IMG/VR virus record: IMGVR_UViG_3300031820_000008
Coordinates: 1 to 46,358 of that record
DNA length: 46,358 nucleotides
From: a virus
Taxonomy: Duplodnaviria > Caudoviricetes
Strand: one strand, 5' to 3'
The notes under the pieces are model-generated. The model saw only the letters and a program-made list of their open reading frames with translations, was not told the DNA's origin and searched no databases. A program made the translations under genes and the position numbers. How positions within the stretch are numbered: position 1 is the first letter of the stretch; each line of letters begins with the position of its first letter. Positions 8,738-16,970 of this stretch are shown piece by piece.

Positions 8738-10999
8738 TCAGTAAGCAAACGCGATGATCCGCAGGATGTCGCTAGCAGCCCACGCCACAGCGGCGCCCGT
8801 GCTAATCGTTTGACTTTGCACCGTGATCGACGTCGTCGTGCTTGCGGTTTGCACCGTCTGCACGTTCGCGCGATTCGCGGCTGTCGCCGTGATATTAACG
8901 ATGTACGCAATCCAGCCAGTCGTCGCGGCGGGCATCGTAATGACACCGCTCGACGCCGTGCCGCCAGTGCCGACGTTGACCGTGAACGACGCCGTACCGT
9001 TGTTGCTCGGAACTGACGGCGACGTGCCGAACCCGCTCCCGATCGTCGGAGCCGTAACTGACGCCAACAAGTTGGCAAAGCTCAGACTGCCGTTGTTAAT
9101 CGTTAGCCCGGCAACGAGCAGTGCTGCACTCGCACTATCGTCAGCGAGTCGCACCTGAAGCGTCGCACCTGCTCGTTTGAGCGCCGGAAAACTCGACGTG
9201 GTGCCGCCGAATTGGAGGCGACCGAAGTCCGTTAGAGCGTTGTTGTAGAGCGTGAACACGCCGTCCGAGCCACCTTGCCGAATCGCGCCACGACCGGGAC
9301 CAAAGGCGTAGATGTCAGCGACGAAGCCACTGTAACTAGCATCGTCAGCTGTACGCACTTCAATGTTCGCACTGACTTGTTTCAGCGCCGGAAAGCTCAC
9401 ACTCGTGCCGCCGAACTGGATCATCGGGGTGGTGCCAGTTAACGTAAGCTTACCTGCACCGTTCCGCGTCAACTGGGTATCCATCGTAGCGGAAGCATCG
9501 TTAGCCGTGTTAGTGAAACTGAAGCTCCCGTTAGATGGAATGGCGATATCGTTACCTCGTACAGCGAGACGCAATCCGCCGCCAGTCACAAGTCCTAAGA
9601 GTCCGGCTCCGGGCTTATACAGCCCTGTATTGGTTTCCGAGGCAAACGTAAGAGATGGCGTTCCAACTGCGCCGTCAGGCACCTGTAGCGCGCCATATAT
9701 GCGACCGCCGCCGATACCCAGATGAAACATGTCCCACGGCGCCGTCGGATGATAGAGCAAGACGCGCTGCACGCGGAAGAAATTGGTTAGCGGATCCGGT
9801 AGGCCTGACAAGGTGATCCGCGTCTTGTACATGTTGGCCGACGCATCCGGCGACGCAAACAGCGGTGACACCCAGGCACCAAACGGTCCGCCGAAAATCG
9901 TCACGTTCTGGTCGTACACGGTCGCGAACGACCCCCCAGTCGCAGTGTTCCAGGCCTCGATCTTGATGTGTGTCGGTATTTCCGCGTTCGAGCGGAGTGT
10001 CAACCCGATTTGAAAGCTGTTGTTATTACGATTCGGTACGATGGCGGCGGCCGCAGTGTGGTCAATCGTGATCTGTACCTGACCGCCGGTGGTCCCTGCA
10101 TTCCATTGGAGATTTGTCGTGTCGTCGTGAAACAGCTCCGGTCCGGTGCCACTGTTCGCCGCCGGGCTAGACGCAACAGTCGCACCGCGGCCGTCGATAT
10201 ACGCGTACTCGTCCTGGTAGTCAAGCATCACCAGATTTCCGAAGTCCGCGACGCGAGGGATCCACATGTTGCCGACCACCGGTCCGGCCGACGTCGTTGC
10301 GACCGTGTTTAAGTAACCGAACGCACCGCCGCCGAATCCCTGCACGAGACCGGCATTGAATGCCGCGTACGCGCTGTCGTCGGCGAGTCGCGCCTCGAGG
10401 ATCGCGTTATTCCGCTTCAGCGCCGGAACAGTATTATTAGTGCCGCCGAGCTGTAACATCGGGGTAGTGCCAGTCAATCTGACAGTTCCCGCTCCTGAAC
10501 GTGTTATTAAGGTGTCATTAACCCCGTTAGCTGCTCCGCTAGTGAAAGCTAGACTCCCCCCAGTCCCAATATGTACTGAAGCATCTAGCCCAACACCCAT
10601 TGCTCCAGAAACAGCAGTGGCTACAAAGTTAGCTTGTGGCCGATAAAACCCCAACCCAGTTTCCGCCGCGAACGCGATGGTTGGAGCAACAGCAGTTCCA
10701 TTGGCCGCCCCAATCGACGTGACCGCGTCCGCACCACCTATCTCGTGCTGTGCGTGGTGAAACGCTGGAACTCCGGCTCCCAAAATGGTGCCACCGGAGT
10801 TCCAGTCAAACCCAGGCAAATTCGCGACGCCTTCGGCAGCGGCACGCAACTGACCCAGCGTGTCGAACCAGAGGTAGAACGCGTTGCCAGACGTGTCTTC
10901 GAGGATCCAACCGCTGGGCGCCCCGCCGCCGTACCCCGTGATCTGACGAGGACGGCGGAGAGGGGTAAACCCTTCAACGGGGCGCTTCAGTACGGTCAT
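8738..10999 (-). CDS. Long fibre protein (head or tail fibre) with internal repeats
   Basis: 753 aa, G/T/A-rich. Three copies of (L/I)Q(L/F)GGT....PALK.....(E/Q).R.ADD and two copies of G....P...F..ET..G.Y.P. GGAGA SD. Confidence 0.75.
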   Translation of the reverse strand: MTVLKRPVEGFTPLRRPRQITGYGGGAPSGWILEDTSGNAFYLWFDTLGQLRAAAEGVANLPGFDWNSGGTILGAGVPAFHHAQHEIGGADAVTSIGAANGTAVAPTIAFAAETGLGFYRPQANFVATAVSGAMGVGLDASVHIGTGGSLAFTSGAANGVNDTLITRSGAGTVRLTGTTPMLQLGGTNNTVPALKRNNAILEARLADDSAYAAFNAGLVQGFGGGAFGYLNTVATTSAGPVVGNMWIPRVADFGNLVMLDYQDEYAYIDGRGATVASSPAANSGTGPELFHDDTTNLQWNAGTTGGQVQITIDHTAAAAIVPNRNNNSFQIGLTLRSNAEIPTHIKIEAWNTATGGSFATVYDQNVTIFGGPFGAWVSPLFASPDASANMYKTRITLSGLPDPLTNFFRVQRVLLYHPTAPWDMFHLGIGGGRIYGALQVPDGAVGTPSLTFASETNTGLYKPGAGLLGLVTGGGLRLAVRGNDIAIPSNGSFSFTNTANDASATMDTQLTRNGAGKLTLTGTTPMIQFGGTSVSFPALKQVSANIEVRTADDASYSGFVADIYAFGPGRGAIRQGGSDGVFTLYNNALTDFGRLQFGGTTSSFPALKRAGATLQVRLADDSASAALLVAGLTINNGSLSFANLLASVTAPTIGSGFGTSPSVPSNNGTASFTVNVGTGGTASSGVITMPAATTGWIAYIVNITATAANRANVQTVQTASTTTSITVQSQTISTGAAVAWAASDILRIIAFAY

Positions 11000-11008
11000 C
11001 TCAGTCTC

Positions 11009-11242
11009 CTACGTCTGTGCACCGATGCTGGTGCCGCCAGCGTTGAAGTCGAAACCAGCGGCCTCTGCCGTCGCCGCGTCCGTGATACGCAACGTACCTG
11101 CGTTGTTGATCCACAGGTAATAATCGTTGTTGTTCGTATCGGTCAGAATGAACCCGCTCGGTTGTCCGCCCGTCGTGCCCAACGCCTTCGAGGGCCTGGC
11201 GAAGCGGTTGAACCCCGGGACGGGCCGTTTGCTTACGGTCAC
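11009..11242 (-). CDS. Small virion protein paralogous to the fibre N-terminal domain
   Basis: Aligns by eye with the fibre N-terminus: MTV.KRPV.GF, GG.PSG.IL.D, YLW....G.LR, GFD.N.GGT..GA. Strong GGAGGGAGG SD. Confidence 0.7.
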   Translation of the reverse strand: MTVSKRPVPGFNRFARPSKALGTTGGQPSGFILTDTNNNDYYLWINNAGTLRITDAATAEAAGFDFNAGGTSIGAQT

Positions 11243-11255
11243 TTAGCCCTCCCTC

Positions 11256-11534
11256 CTACTTCTTGTTCGGGGTCTTCGTCACCGACACGGGCTGCGGCTC
11301 CGGCGGCGTCTCGACCGGCGGAGGCGTTTCAGCCGCTGGCGCCGCCGTGTCGATCAGCTCCGTGCCGAGCGTCGGTTGCGGCGCGGTGCCGAACGGCGGC
11401 GTGTTGTAGATCGGATGGCCGGTAGCGGCGCGGTACTTCCGTCCACACGTAGGACACGTGATGTCGTGCGGGTCGACGATCTCGTCGCTGTTCTGCTCCT
11501 TACCGCACTGTGGGCAAGTTACGGATACGCCCAT
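11256..11534 (-). CDS. Zn-ribbon protein with Pro-rich tail
   Basis: CPQC...CPTC; ATG lies 3 nt after the capsid stop, with GGAGG SD. Confidence 0.6.
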   Translation of the reverse strand: MGVSVTCPQCGKEQNSDEIVDPHDITCPTCGRKYRAATGHPIYNTPPFGTAPQPTLGTELIDTAAPAAETPPPVETPPEPQPVSVTKTPNKK

Positions 11535-11536
11535 CG

Positions 11537-12457
11537 TTAACCTCCACTCGTCCCGTACACACCACGCCACTCGGAGAAGCCCTTCGAGTACCGGGTGAAG
11601 ATCTTGAAGAGCGCGTCACCGGTGAGGAAGTCATCGGCGTTCGCGGTCTCCGGTCTGGTACGCCAGAAGAACTTCAGGTCGTGGCCACCGGCCTCGCTCT
11701 GCTGCTTCCTGGGTGCCAGCAGGAACCACTGCCTCGGATTGAGGAAGTACCGGCACTTGAGGTACTCCGTGACCTCGCCCTTCAGGGCGTTGATCTCGTT
11801 CCCCGCCGTGTACGGCTTGTACTCGCTCTGCGTGATCTCTCGGCAGGCCCAGTCGAATGTGGGATCGATCACGATCAACGCGGGGTTGATGTCGAGCGGC
11901 CTCCCCCTATCGTCGAGCATCGTCGCGAAGCTGTCCAGCGACGCCTGATACGAGGTGAAGCTGAAGTCCGCGTCCGTGCCGGGCCGGTTCGCGATCACCG
12001 TGCCGCCGTCCAACCGGGTGTGGGACGTATGGCACAACGCGAGACCGTCCAGTCCGACGAAGCTGGTGCTGAACGCGTTGTTCAACACCGACCACGCGTC
12101 GATCTCGACCTTGTACGCGCACGCACGCCCCAGCTCGGCCGCCATCTTCTTCATCACGCCGTAGAGCTCGTCGTCGTACATCTCTCGGGTGATGCGGAAG
12201 CCGAGGCCGAAGCTGTTGTGCGTGTAGCGGATGCTGGACCCGATTAACGGGTCGTCGAAGCTGATCGGTGTACCCTCGGGTTTGGGCACCATGCTGCCCA
12301 GACCGGCGACCTTGAGTTCCTCTTCGTACGCGCGCTCCGAGTCGTAGGTGTTGAACACCCCAACCCACTGATTGGGCTGGCTGTTGATCTCGTTGAACAG
12401 CACGTCGAAGAGGCCAGGCGCCAAGAGGGCACTGAACCCTCCAGTGGTGACTGCCAT
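11537..12457 (-). CDS. Major capsid protein (HK97 fold, Mu gpT-like family)
   Basis: 306 aa with S.RAYEE, KPEG..I.FD, YTH..FGLGF.ITREM.DD.LY, GLDG.AL....H and RYS.GFS.WRG.YG motifs. Strong codon bias and AGGAG SD. Confidence 0.9.
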   Translation of the reverse strand: MAVTTGGFSALLAPGLFDVLFNEINSQPNQWVGVFNTYDSERAYEEELKVAGLGSMVPKPEGTPISFDDPLIGSSIRYTHNSFGLGFRITREMYDDELYGVMKKMAAELGRACAYKVEIDAWSVLNNAFSTSFVGLDGLALCHTSHTRLDGGTVIANRPGTDADFSFTSYQASLDSFATMLDDRGRPLDINPALIVIDPTFDWACREITQSEYKPYTAGNEINALKGEVTEYLKCRYFLNPRQWFLLAPRKQQSEAGGHDLKFFWRTRPETANADDFLTGDALFKIFTRYSKGFSEWRGVYGTSGG

Positions 12458-12469
12458 GTCTGTGTCTCC

Positions 12470-12991
12470 TTAGCTGCCGACGTTGCCTTGGAAGTTGGCG
12501 TACGTTACGCCGAACAGTACGGGCGGTCGGATGTCGCCGATGACGACCTGCTGGGCGTTCTCCACGCTGAGCCAGAAGTCCCAGATCACGGCGCGGACGT
12601 TGACCGTGGTCTTGCCCTTGTCGGCGTACCAGAATCCGCCCGCCGCGGACTTGGTGAGACCGACGCCCTTGAACAGGTCGGTGTTGGCGCTGACGCCCGT
12701 GCCCTCACTCGCACTCGTATCGAGGTAGCCCTTGAACAGCACGCCCGGCGATGCCAGCTCCACGAGTTGGCTCTTCGCGCCGTCAGTTGCCCCGTTCTGA
12801 GCGTCCCTCGTTGCTACACCGAGGATTAGCGCGGGATTCGCGCCACACTCGTCGAGGAAACCGGCGTTCATGAAGACGACGGCGCCCTTCTTGAACGTGC
12901 CGCTGGCCTTTTCGGGCGTGTTGCGGCGGGGAAGAGGCGTGCCGAAGATCGTCTGTTGCGACGCCATAGCTATCTTCGCCTGTGTTGCCAT
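12470..12991 (-). CDS. Capsid decoration/cement protein
   Basis: 173 aa directly upstream of the capsid gene, with TFKKGAVV...G.L......ILGVA motif. Confidence 0.6.
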   Translation of the reverse strand: MATQAKIAMASQQTIFGTPLPRRNTPEKASGTFKKGAVVFMNAGFLDECGANPALILGVATRDAQNGATDGAKSQLVELASPGVLFKGYLDTSASEGTGVSANTDLFKGVGLTKSAAGGFWYADKGKTTVNVRAVIWDFWLSVENAQQVVIGDIRPPVLFGVTYANFQGNVGS

Positions 12992-13034
12992 CTGTCACAC
13001 TCCCGGTGCGCTTCGCGCACACCTTCGCACGTTA

Positions 13035-13057
13035 CTTAGTACCTCTACAGTCAGCTA
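13035..13057 (-). repeat. Junction element TAGCTGACTGTAGAGGTACTAAG
   Basis: Immediately after the stop of the upstream gene and ahead of the decoration/capsid genes. Confidence 0.95.
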
Positions 13058-13465
13058 CTACTGTGAACTTTCCACGAACACGAGAGGTCTGTCCACGGGC
13101 ACTTTCACGCCGTGGTTTGCCGCCATACGCATGGCGTTCTCGTTGGCCTGCTTCACCATCGTATCAATGGTAAGAGCGTGCCGTTCTCGCATCTCGCGTT
13201 CGCGAGCGCCTTCCCGTTCCTGCCACGTGTCCTCTTTGACACGGTGCAGGACGAGGTCCCCACGACGAACCACCTGACCTACCGTTGACGCGATGCCCGC
13301 CGGCGCGGGAAGTAGGGCGTCCTCTGCTGTTTCGAGCACAGGCTCCCAACCCTCATACCGAGCAATCAGTAGGTTCCTGTCCCGCTCGTTGAGCCATCGG
13401 TATCGATAGCCCGGTTCCTTACGGGTCCAGTGCAGGTAGTCAGGCCTTGGCGACCGGTCTGTCAT
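13058..13465 (-). CDS. Conserved head-module hypothetical protein
   Basis: PGYRYRWLN...EGWEPV...GDLVL motif, typical of the gene between scaffold and capsid in such podophages. ATG at 13465. Confidence 0.7.
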   Translation of the reverse strand: MTDRSPRPDYLHWTRKEPGYRYRWLNERDRNLLIARYEGWEPVLETAEDALLPAPAGIASTVGQVVRRGDLVLHRVKEDTWQEREGAREREMRERHALTIDTMVKQANENAMRMAANHGVKVPVDRPLVFVESSQ

Positions 13466-14207
13466 AAACCAACCTTCCCTTTGCCGTGTTTGTCGTACTG
13501 ACGGCCATACCGTCGATTTCCGCTTGCGTCCGGCCTTCGGCCTCGAGCCGACGCAGGTAGTCGTCCACGTTGAGGCCCCAGTGGTTACAGAACTTCCGAA
13601 TCCTCTCGTTAGCCACCAGCTTCGGGGGCTTCGCTCGCTGCTTCGGCTGCTCCGCACGGGCTGCTGGCGTGCCTGGCGCCGCTGGCGGAGCCGCCTTCCC
13701 CTGGACCCGCGGTGGTTCGGCCGGTGGCGGCTCCTCCGGCACCACTGGCTCCTCGTCCGGCGGCGGAGCCGGCGGAGGCACGTCGAACAGCACGCCCCTC
13801 GCCTCGTTGTCGTTTCCCTTCACCACGATGTACAGCTGCCTGTGGAGGCCCTGCGTAATGCGCCCTTCCACGGGCATAGGCTTCTTCAGCTCCTCAATCG
13901 CCTTCCTGTACTTCTCGTAGTCCGCCACGGGCCGGCCGTTGTTACCTGTAGCGATGAACGCACGCTCATCATCCTGTTCCAGGCGCATGGCCGTCTGTGC
14001 CTGTATCGGCGACAGCCGATCGGCGTTGGCAGCAGCTAGCCTGCCCTCAGGCGTCGCTTCGGCCTTCTGTTGCGGAGGCGTCTCGGTCTTTTGCGGCGGG
14101 CTGCCGGCGGCTTCCAACGTCTCGGCGTACTGCAACACGTCGCTCAGCTCGTAACCCTTGAAGCGCCCTTCAGTGATGACACCGTTTTCGTCAACCTTCA
14201 GTGGCAT
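13440..14207 (-). CDS. Scaffolding protein (putative)
   Basis: Charged helical protein with a Pro-rich linker and C-terminal WGLNVDDY motif; between portal and capsid; GAGGGG SD before ATG 14207. Confidence 0.6.
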   Translation of the reverse strand: MPLKVDENGVITEGRFKGYELSDVLQYAETLEAAGSPPQKTETPPQQKAEATPEGRLAAANADRLSPIQAQTAMRLEQDDERAFIATGNNGRPVADYEKYRKAIEELKKPMPVEGRITQGLHRQLYIVVKGNDNEARGVLFDVPPPAPPPDEEPVVPEEPPPAEPPRVQGKAAPPAAPGTPAARAEQPKQRAKPPKLVANERIRKFCNHWGLNVDDYLRRLEAEGRTQAEIDGMAVSTTNTAKGRLVYDRPVAKA

Positions 14208-14403
14208 GTTCCCCCTCAACGAAGCCTTTCAGCTTCATCAGCCTATTGTACACGTGGTGGGCCGCCCCCTGGACCCGTAGGACCTCCCATCGGTCCTCCG
14301 AGCGTGCCAGGACTCGGTATAAGTCCGCCAGGTCCTCCTCCGATTCCCGGAGCAGCGCCCGGCGCGCCTCCGGGTGGAGGGCCCGCCATTGCTCCTGGTC
14401 CAC
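14191..14403 (-). CDS. Small helical protein encoded over the portal C-terminal tail
   Basis: GGGAGGAG SD before GTG; amphipathic 70 aa with LRVQG; the usual position for a post-portal gene. Confidence 0.55.
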   Translation of the reverse strand: MDQEQWRALHPEARRALLRESEEDLADLYRVLARSEDRWEVLRVQGAAHHVYNRLMKLKGFVEGEHATEG

Positions 14404-16198
14404 CCGCTCCTCCCATCATCGTCTGCGACATTGTGGCCAAGGCCTGCATGACCGTCGGCACTACGGCGTCGATCTGTTCGATCTCAAACCGCTCTACGAA
14501 CTTCTTTATAATGATACCGGCGCTGGTCATCACTTGCATGGCCAGCATCTTCTGCGGCGGCGGGAACTGTGGGTTGAGGACCATGCCGCCCAGCTGCATC
14601 AGCCTCATGTAGTAGTCGTTGAGCACCTGCATCAACAACTGTAGGTTCTGGATCTCGAGATCCCTGTTCACGGACTCGCTCGTGATAGTCAGCTTGAGGC
14701 CCAGGGTCAGACGCGGATCGCCAGGAGGGAACTGAATGTACTTCCCCGGCGCCCATTCGTACCCGTCAGGGCGCATCTGCTGTTCCTGGGCAATGGTCAG
14801 GTACAACAGCTCCTCGATCGCATGCCTCATATCGTCGATGCTAACCCAGAACCGTTGGTTGCCCTCGGCGATCAGCGCTGTGGTTCCGGTAGCTGTAGCT
14901 CGTGAACCGACAGTAGCAGACTCGATCCCCATGTTGTAAATGGAGACTCCCGTTCGTTTCTCAACAAGCGTTGAAGCCTGCTGTTCAACTCCGGCGAGGC
15001 TGGGACTTGGTTCACTGATGTGGTAGATGGCGACGTCTTTGGTAGGGTTGGGTGTAACAATTTTCTTCCCCGGATAGATCTCCTCGTTCGGAGACACGTT
15101 GGTCTCAGGCGACACAACCACAATACCGGCGTTGGCGGCGGTGGCCGCGTCGATCACCTGGTTATGCGCGGTGCTCGCCTCTTCCTGCAACGGGAGCGCT
15201 TGCTCCGCGATGCCCATCGCCGGTACCTCGTGCGCCTGGAGCAGGAACGGTACCTTCACGAAGTGCCGGGCCTTGCCGAAGTACGGGTTGTAGATACACC
15301 GCAGGAGCATGTCTCCGTCCAGGGAGTACATGATGATGCACTCCTCGAACACCGGGTCCGACTCGTCTTCCGCCTTCTGGGGGATCTCCAGCATCATGTA
15401 CAGTTGCCACACCTCGTACACGTCCTGGGTGTCCGCGCTCAGGCCCTCGCTCTCCTTGTTCACCTGCTGCCGCTTGTCCTCGCGCTGCTTCTTGTGCGCC
15501 TTCAGCGGCGTGATGTCCTCCAGTGTGAACAGGCCCTTCTTCTTCATGTCGATGATCTCGGCCCACGTCAAACGGAGCCGTTCACCGAACCATGGGAGCT
15601 GGTACCAACTGTCGAAGCCTGTGGGCCACACCACATCCTGTGGAGCGGTGGTATACCAACGGACGCCCTTGTACCCCGGCACCGGCACGGCGACCACGTC
15701 GTTCATCGGTCCGTACGCGTGGTACGTATTCTCGTCCTCGACCCACAACGGCTTGATGAACGCGTCGCCCCACAACGGCATGTCGAAGAACACGGTGCGG
15801 AGCTGATCGCGGGCTCCACTAGCCTCGAAGTAGTGCTTGCACCACTCCCTCACATGGGCATCGGTAAGCTCTTCCCCATTGGACATCTGGTACGGTGTTT
15901 TCATGTGGAGGTGCGCTTCGACAGGATCCACCGCACCCAGTATCGACTTCTGTAGCCGCGCCGAGACGTTGTCCACCGCGATTGCCACGAGCGGCACCAC
16001 CACGTTGCTGGCGTCTTTCCAGGGCCAGTTCTTCTTGGGATGTTTGGGGATCGCCTTATAGGCACGGTGCCACTCGGCGAGTCGCTCCTCACGCTCACTG
16101 TGCGAGTCGAGGGCGGCGCTCAGCTCGGTGTACACGTACTCCTTCACCTTAGCCTCGGCGCCCTCAATCGTAAGGTCGACAGGTACAGTTGGTAACAC
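14243..16198 (-). CDS. Portal protein
   Basis: 651 aa with WPW..ASN..VP, PF......E..G.G, RATATGT.AL..EG..RF and a G/P-rich tail; follows the terminase. Confidence 0.85.
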   Translation of the reverse strand: MLPTVPVDLTIEGAEAKVKEYVYTELSAALDSHSEREERLAEWHRAYKAIPKHPKKNWPWKDASNVVVPLVAIAVDNVSARLQKSILGAVDPVEAHLHMKTPYQMSNGEELTDAHVREWCKHYFEASGARDQLRTVFFDMPLWGDAFIKPLWVEDENTYHAYGPMNDVVAVPVPGYKGVRWYTTAPQDVVWPTGFDSWYQLPWFGERLRLTWAEIIDMKKKGLFTLEDITPLKAHKKQREDKRQQVNKESEGLSADTQDVYEVWQLYMMLEIPQKAEDESDPVFEECIIMYSLDGDMLLRCIYNPYFGKARHFVKVPFLLQAHEVPAMGIAEQALPLQEEASTAHNQVIDAATAANAGIVVVSPETNVSPNEEIYPGKKIVTPNPTKDVAIYHISEPSPSLAGVEQQASTLVEKRTGVSIYNMGIESATVGSRATATGTTALIAEGNQRFWVSIDDMRHAIEELLYLTIAQEQQMRPDGYEWAPGKYIQFPPGDPRLTLGLKLTITSESVNRDLEIQNLQLLMQVLNDYYMRLMQLGGMVLNPQFPPPQKMLAMQVMTSAGIIIKKFVERFEIEQIDAVVPTVMQALATMSQTMMGGAGGPGAMAGPPPGGAPGAAPGIGGGPGGLIPSPGTLGGPMGGPTGPGGGPPRVQ

Positions 16199-16201
16199 GC
16201 G

Positions 16202-16214
16202 CTAGTACCTCTAC
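16202..16214 (-). repeat. Variant junction element GTAGAGGTACTAG
   Basis: Contains the upstream TAG stop and the GAGGT SD for the portal GTG at 16198. Confidence 0.85.
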
Positions 16215-16726
16215 CGCCGTCGGATGCTGTTCAGCGTTGAGTGCTGTTGATGCCCAAGCTGATGCCGCAGGCCGTCCGGTGATACGGAGATGCCGCGTAG
16301 CGGATCGAAGTCCGGCAGACGCGACTTCTCCGTTGTCACCGTCCCCTCGTTGCCTGCTACATACCGGTCGATGACCGGCCGATTGGCCTTCCGTTCGCTC
16401 CCACTCCGTGGGTACGGCCGCCCTTTGTGAACGGTGGCTTTGTCCCGGCGGGGCGCAAACCGGGCCCTTGTGGATCCCGATTCTTGTTCTCGTGGCTCAT
16501 CCCGTCGCCCATCGGCATTTCCCCGGCGGTCCGACTTGGCTTGAGAGGTGGGTACTTCCCTCCGTTGATGTCTCCCATCTGTGTTAGCTCCGTGTTTCGA
16601 GTTACGACCGTCCTCCAGTGACCGTGACGCAGGACGCGACGCGCTCAGTACTTTTTGGGCTTTCCTTTTCCGCCACGCATCTTCTGCTTCTTTGACCTTC
16701 CCATGATCGCGCGCTCCTTTGAACAT
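16211..16726 (-). CDS. Basic hypothetical protein (extent uncertain)
   Basis: ATG directly follows the variant repeat (GAGGGACT-ATG) and the stop lies inside the next repeat copy. The middle portion may only be an alternative frame of 16357-16578. Confidence 0.35.
   Translation of the reverse strand: MFKGARDHGKVKEAEDAWRKRKAQKVLSASRPASRSLEDGRNSKHGANTDGRHQRREVPTSQAKSDRRGNADGRRDEPREQESGSTRARFAPRRDKATVHKGRPYPRSGSERKANRPVIDRYVAGNEGTVTTEKSRLPDFDPLRGISVSPDGLRHQLGHQQHSTLNSIRRR
16357..16578 (-). CDS. Small Gly/Pro-rich hypothetical protein
   Basis: 73 aa with GGAG SD; nested in another frame of ORF 16211-16726. Confidence 0.45.
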   Translation of the reverse strand: MGDINGGKYPPLKPSRTAGEMPMGDGMSHENKNRDPQGPGLRPAGTKPPFTKGGRTHGVGANGRPIGRSSTGM

Positions 16727-16785
16727 AGTCCCTCTACTTAGTACCTCTACTTAGTACCTCTACTTAGTACCTCTACAGGCAGCTA
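16726..16785 (-). repeat. Four tandem copies of the 13-bp junction element preceded by TAGCTGCCT
   Basis: ttagtacctctac at 16738, 16751 and 16764, plus the variant tagtccctctac at 16726. Confidence 0.97.
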
Positions 16786-16969
16786 CCTCCCTAGTCGTGG
16801 CAAAGCGACGTGACCCAAAAAGGTCTGTAAGAGCCACAAGCAGAGAGCTATAACTACGACCACCCGGATGACAACGCGAATCGGTGGCGACAGCGGAATG
16901 TACGCCTCGATGAGGTACAGCACGACACCTACAATGATGAGCACTAATGAGCACCGAAACGATGTCCAT
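16783..16969 (-). CDS. Small two-TM membrane protein (Thivi_2564-like / holin-like), split by a +1 frameshift near the 5' end
   Basis: Frame 16944-16783 reads VLIIVGVVLYLIEAYIPLSPPIRVVIRVVVVIALCLWLLQTFLG. The ATG at 16969 (MDIVSVLI) is one base out of frame. Confidence 0.55.
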
Positions 16970-16970
16970 G

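Noticed and set aside
16200-16214. AGAGGTACTAGC resembles the 5' part of the preQ1-I aptamer (AGAGGUUCUAGC)
   Set aside because: There is no downstream CCUCU to close P1 and no A-rich tail in any copy; treated as coincidence.
16726-16785. Tandem 13-mers as a CRISPR or mini-array
   Set aside because: The units abut with no spacers, are too short, and dispersed copies are separated by whole genes. The Cas4-like gene is in the ordinary phage Cas4-Sak4-SSB recombination context.
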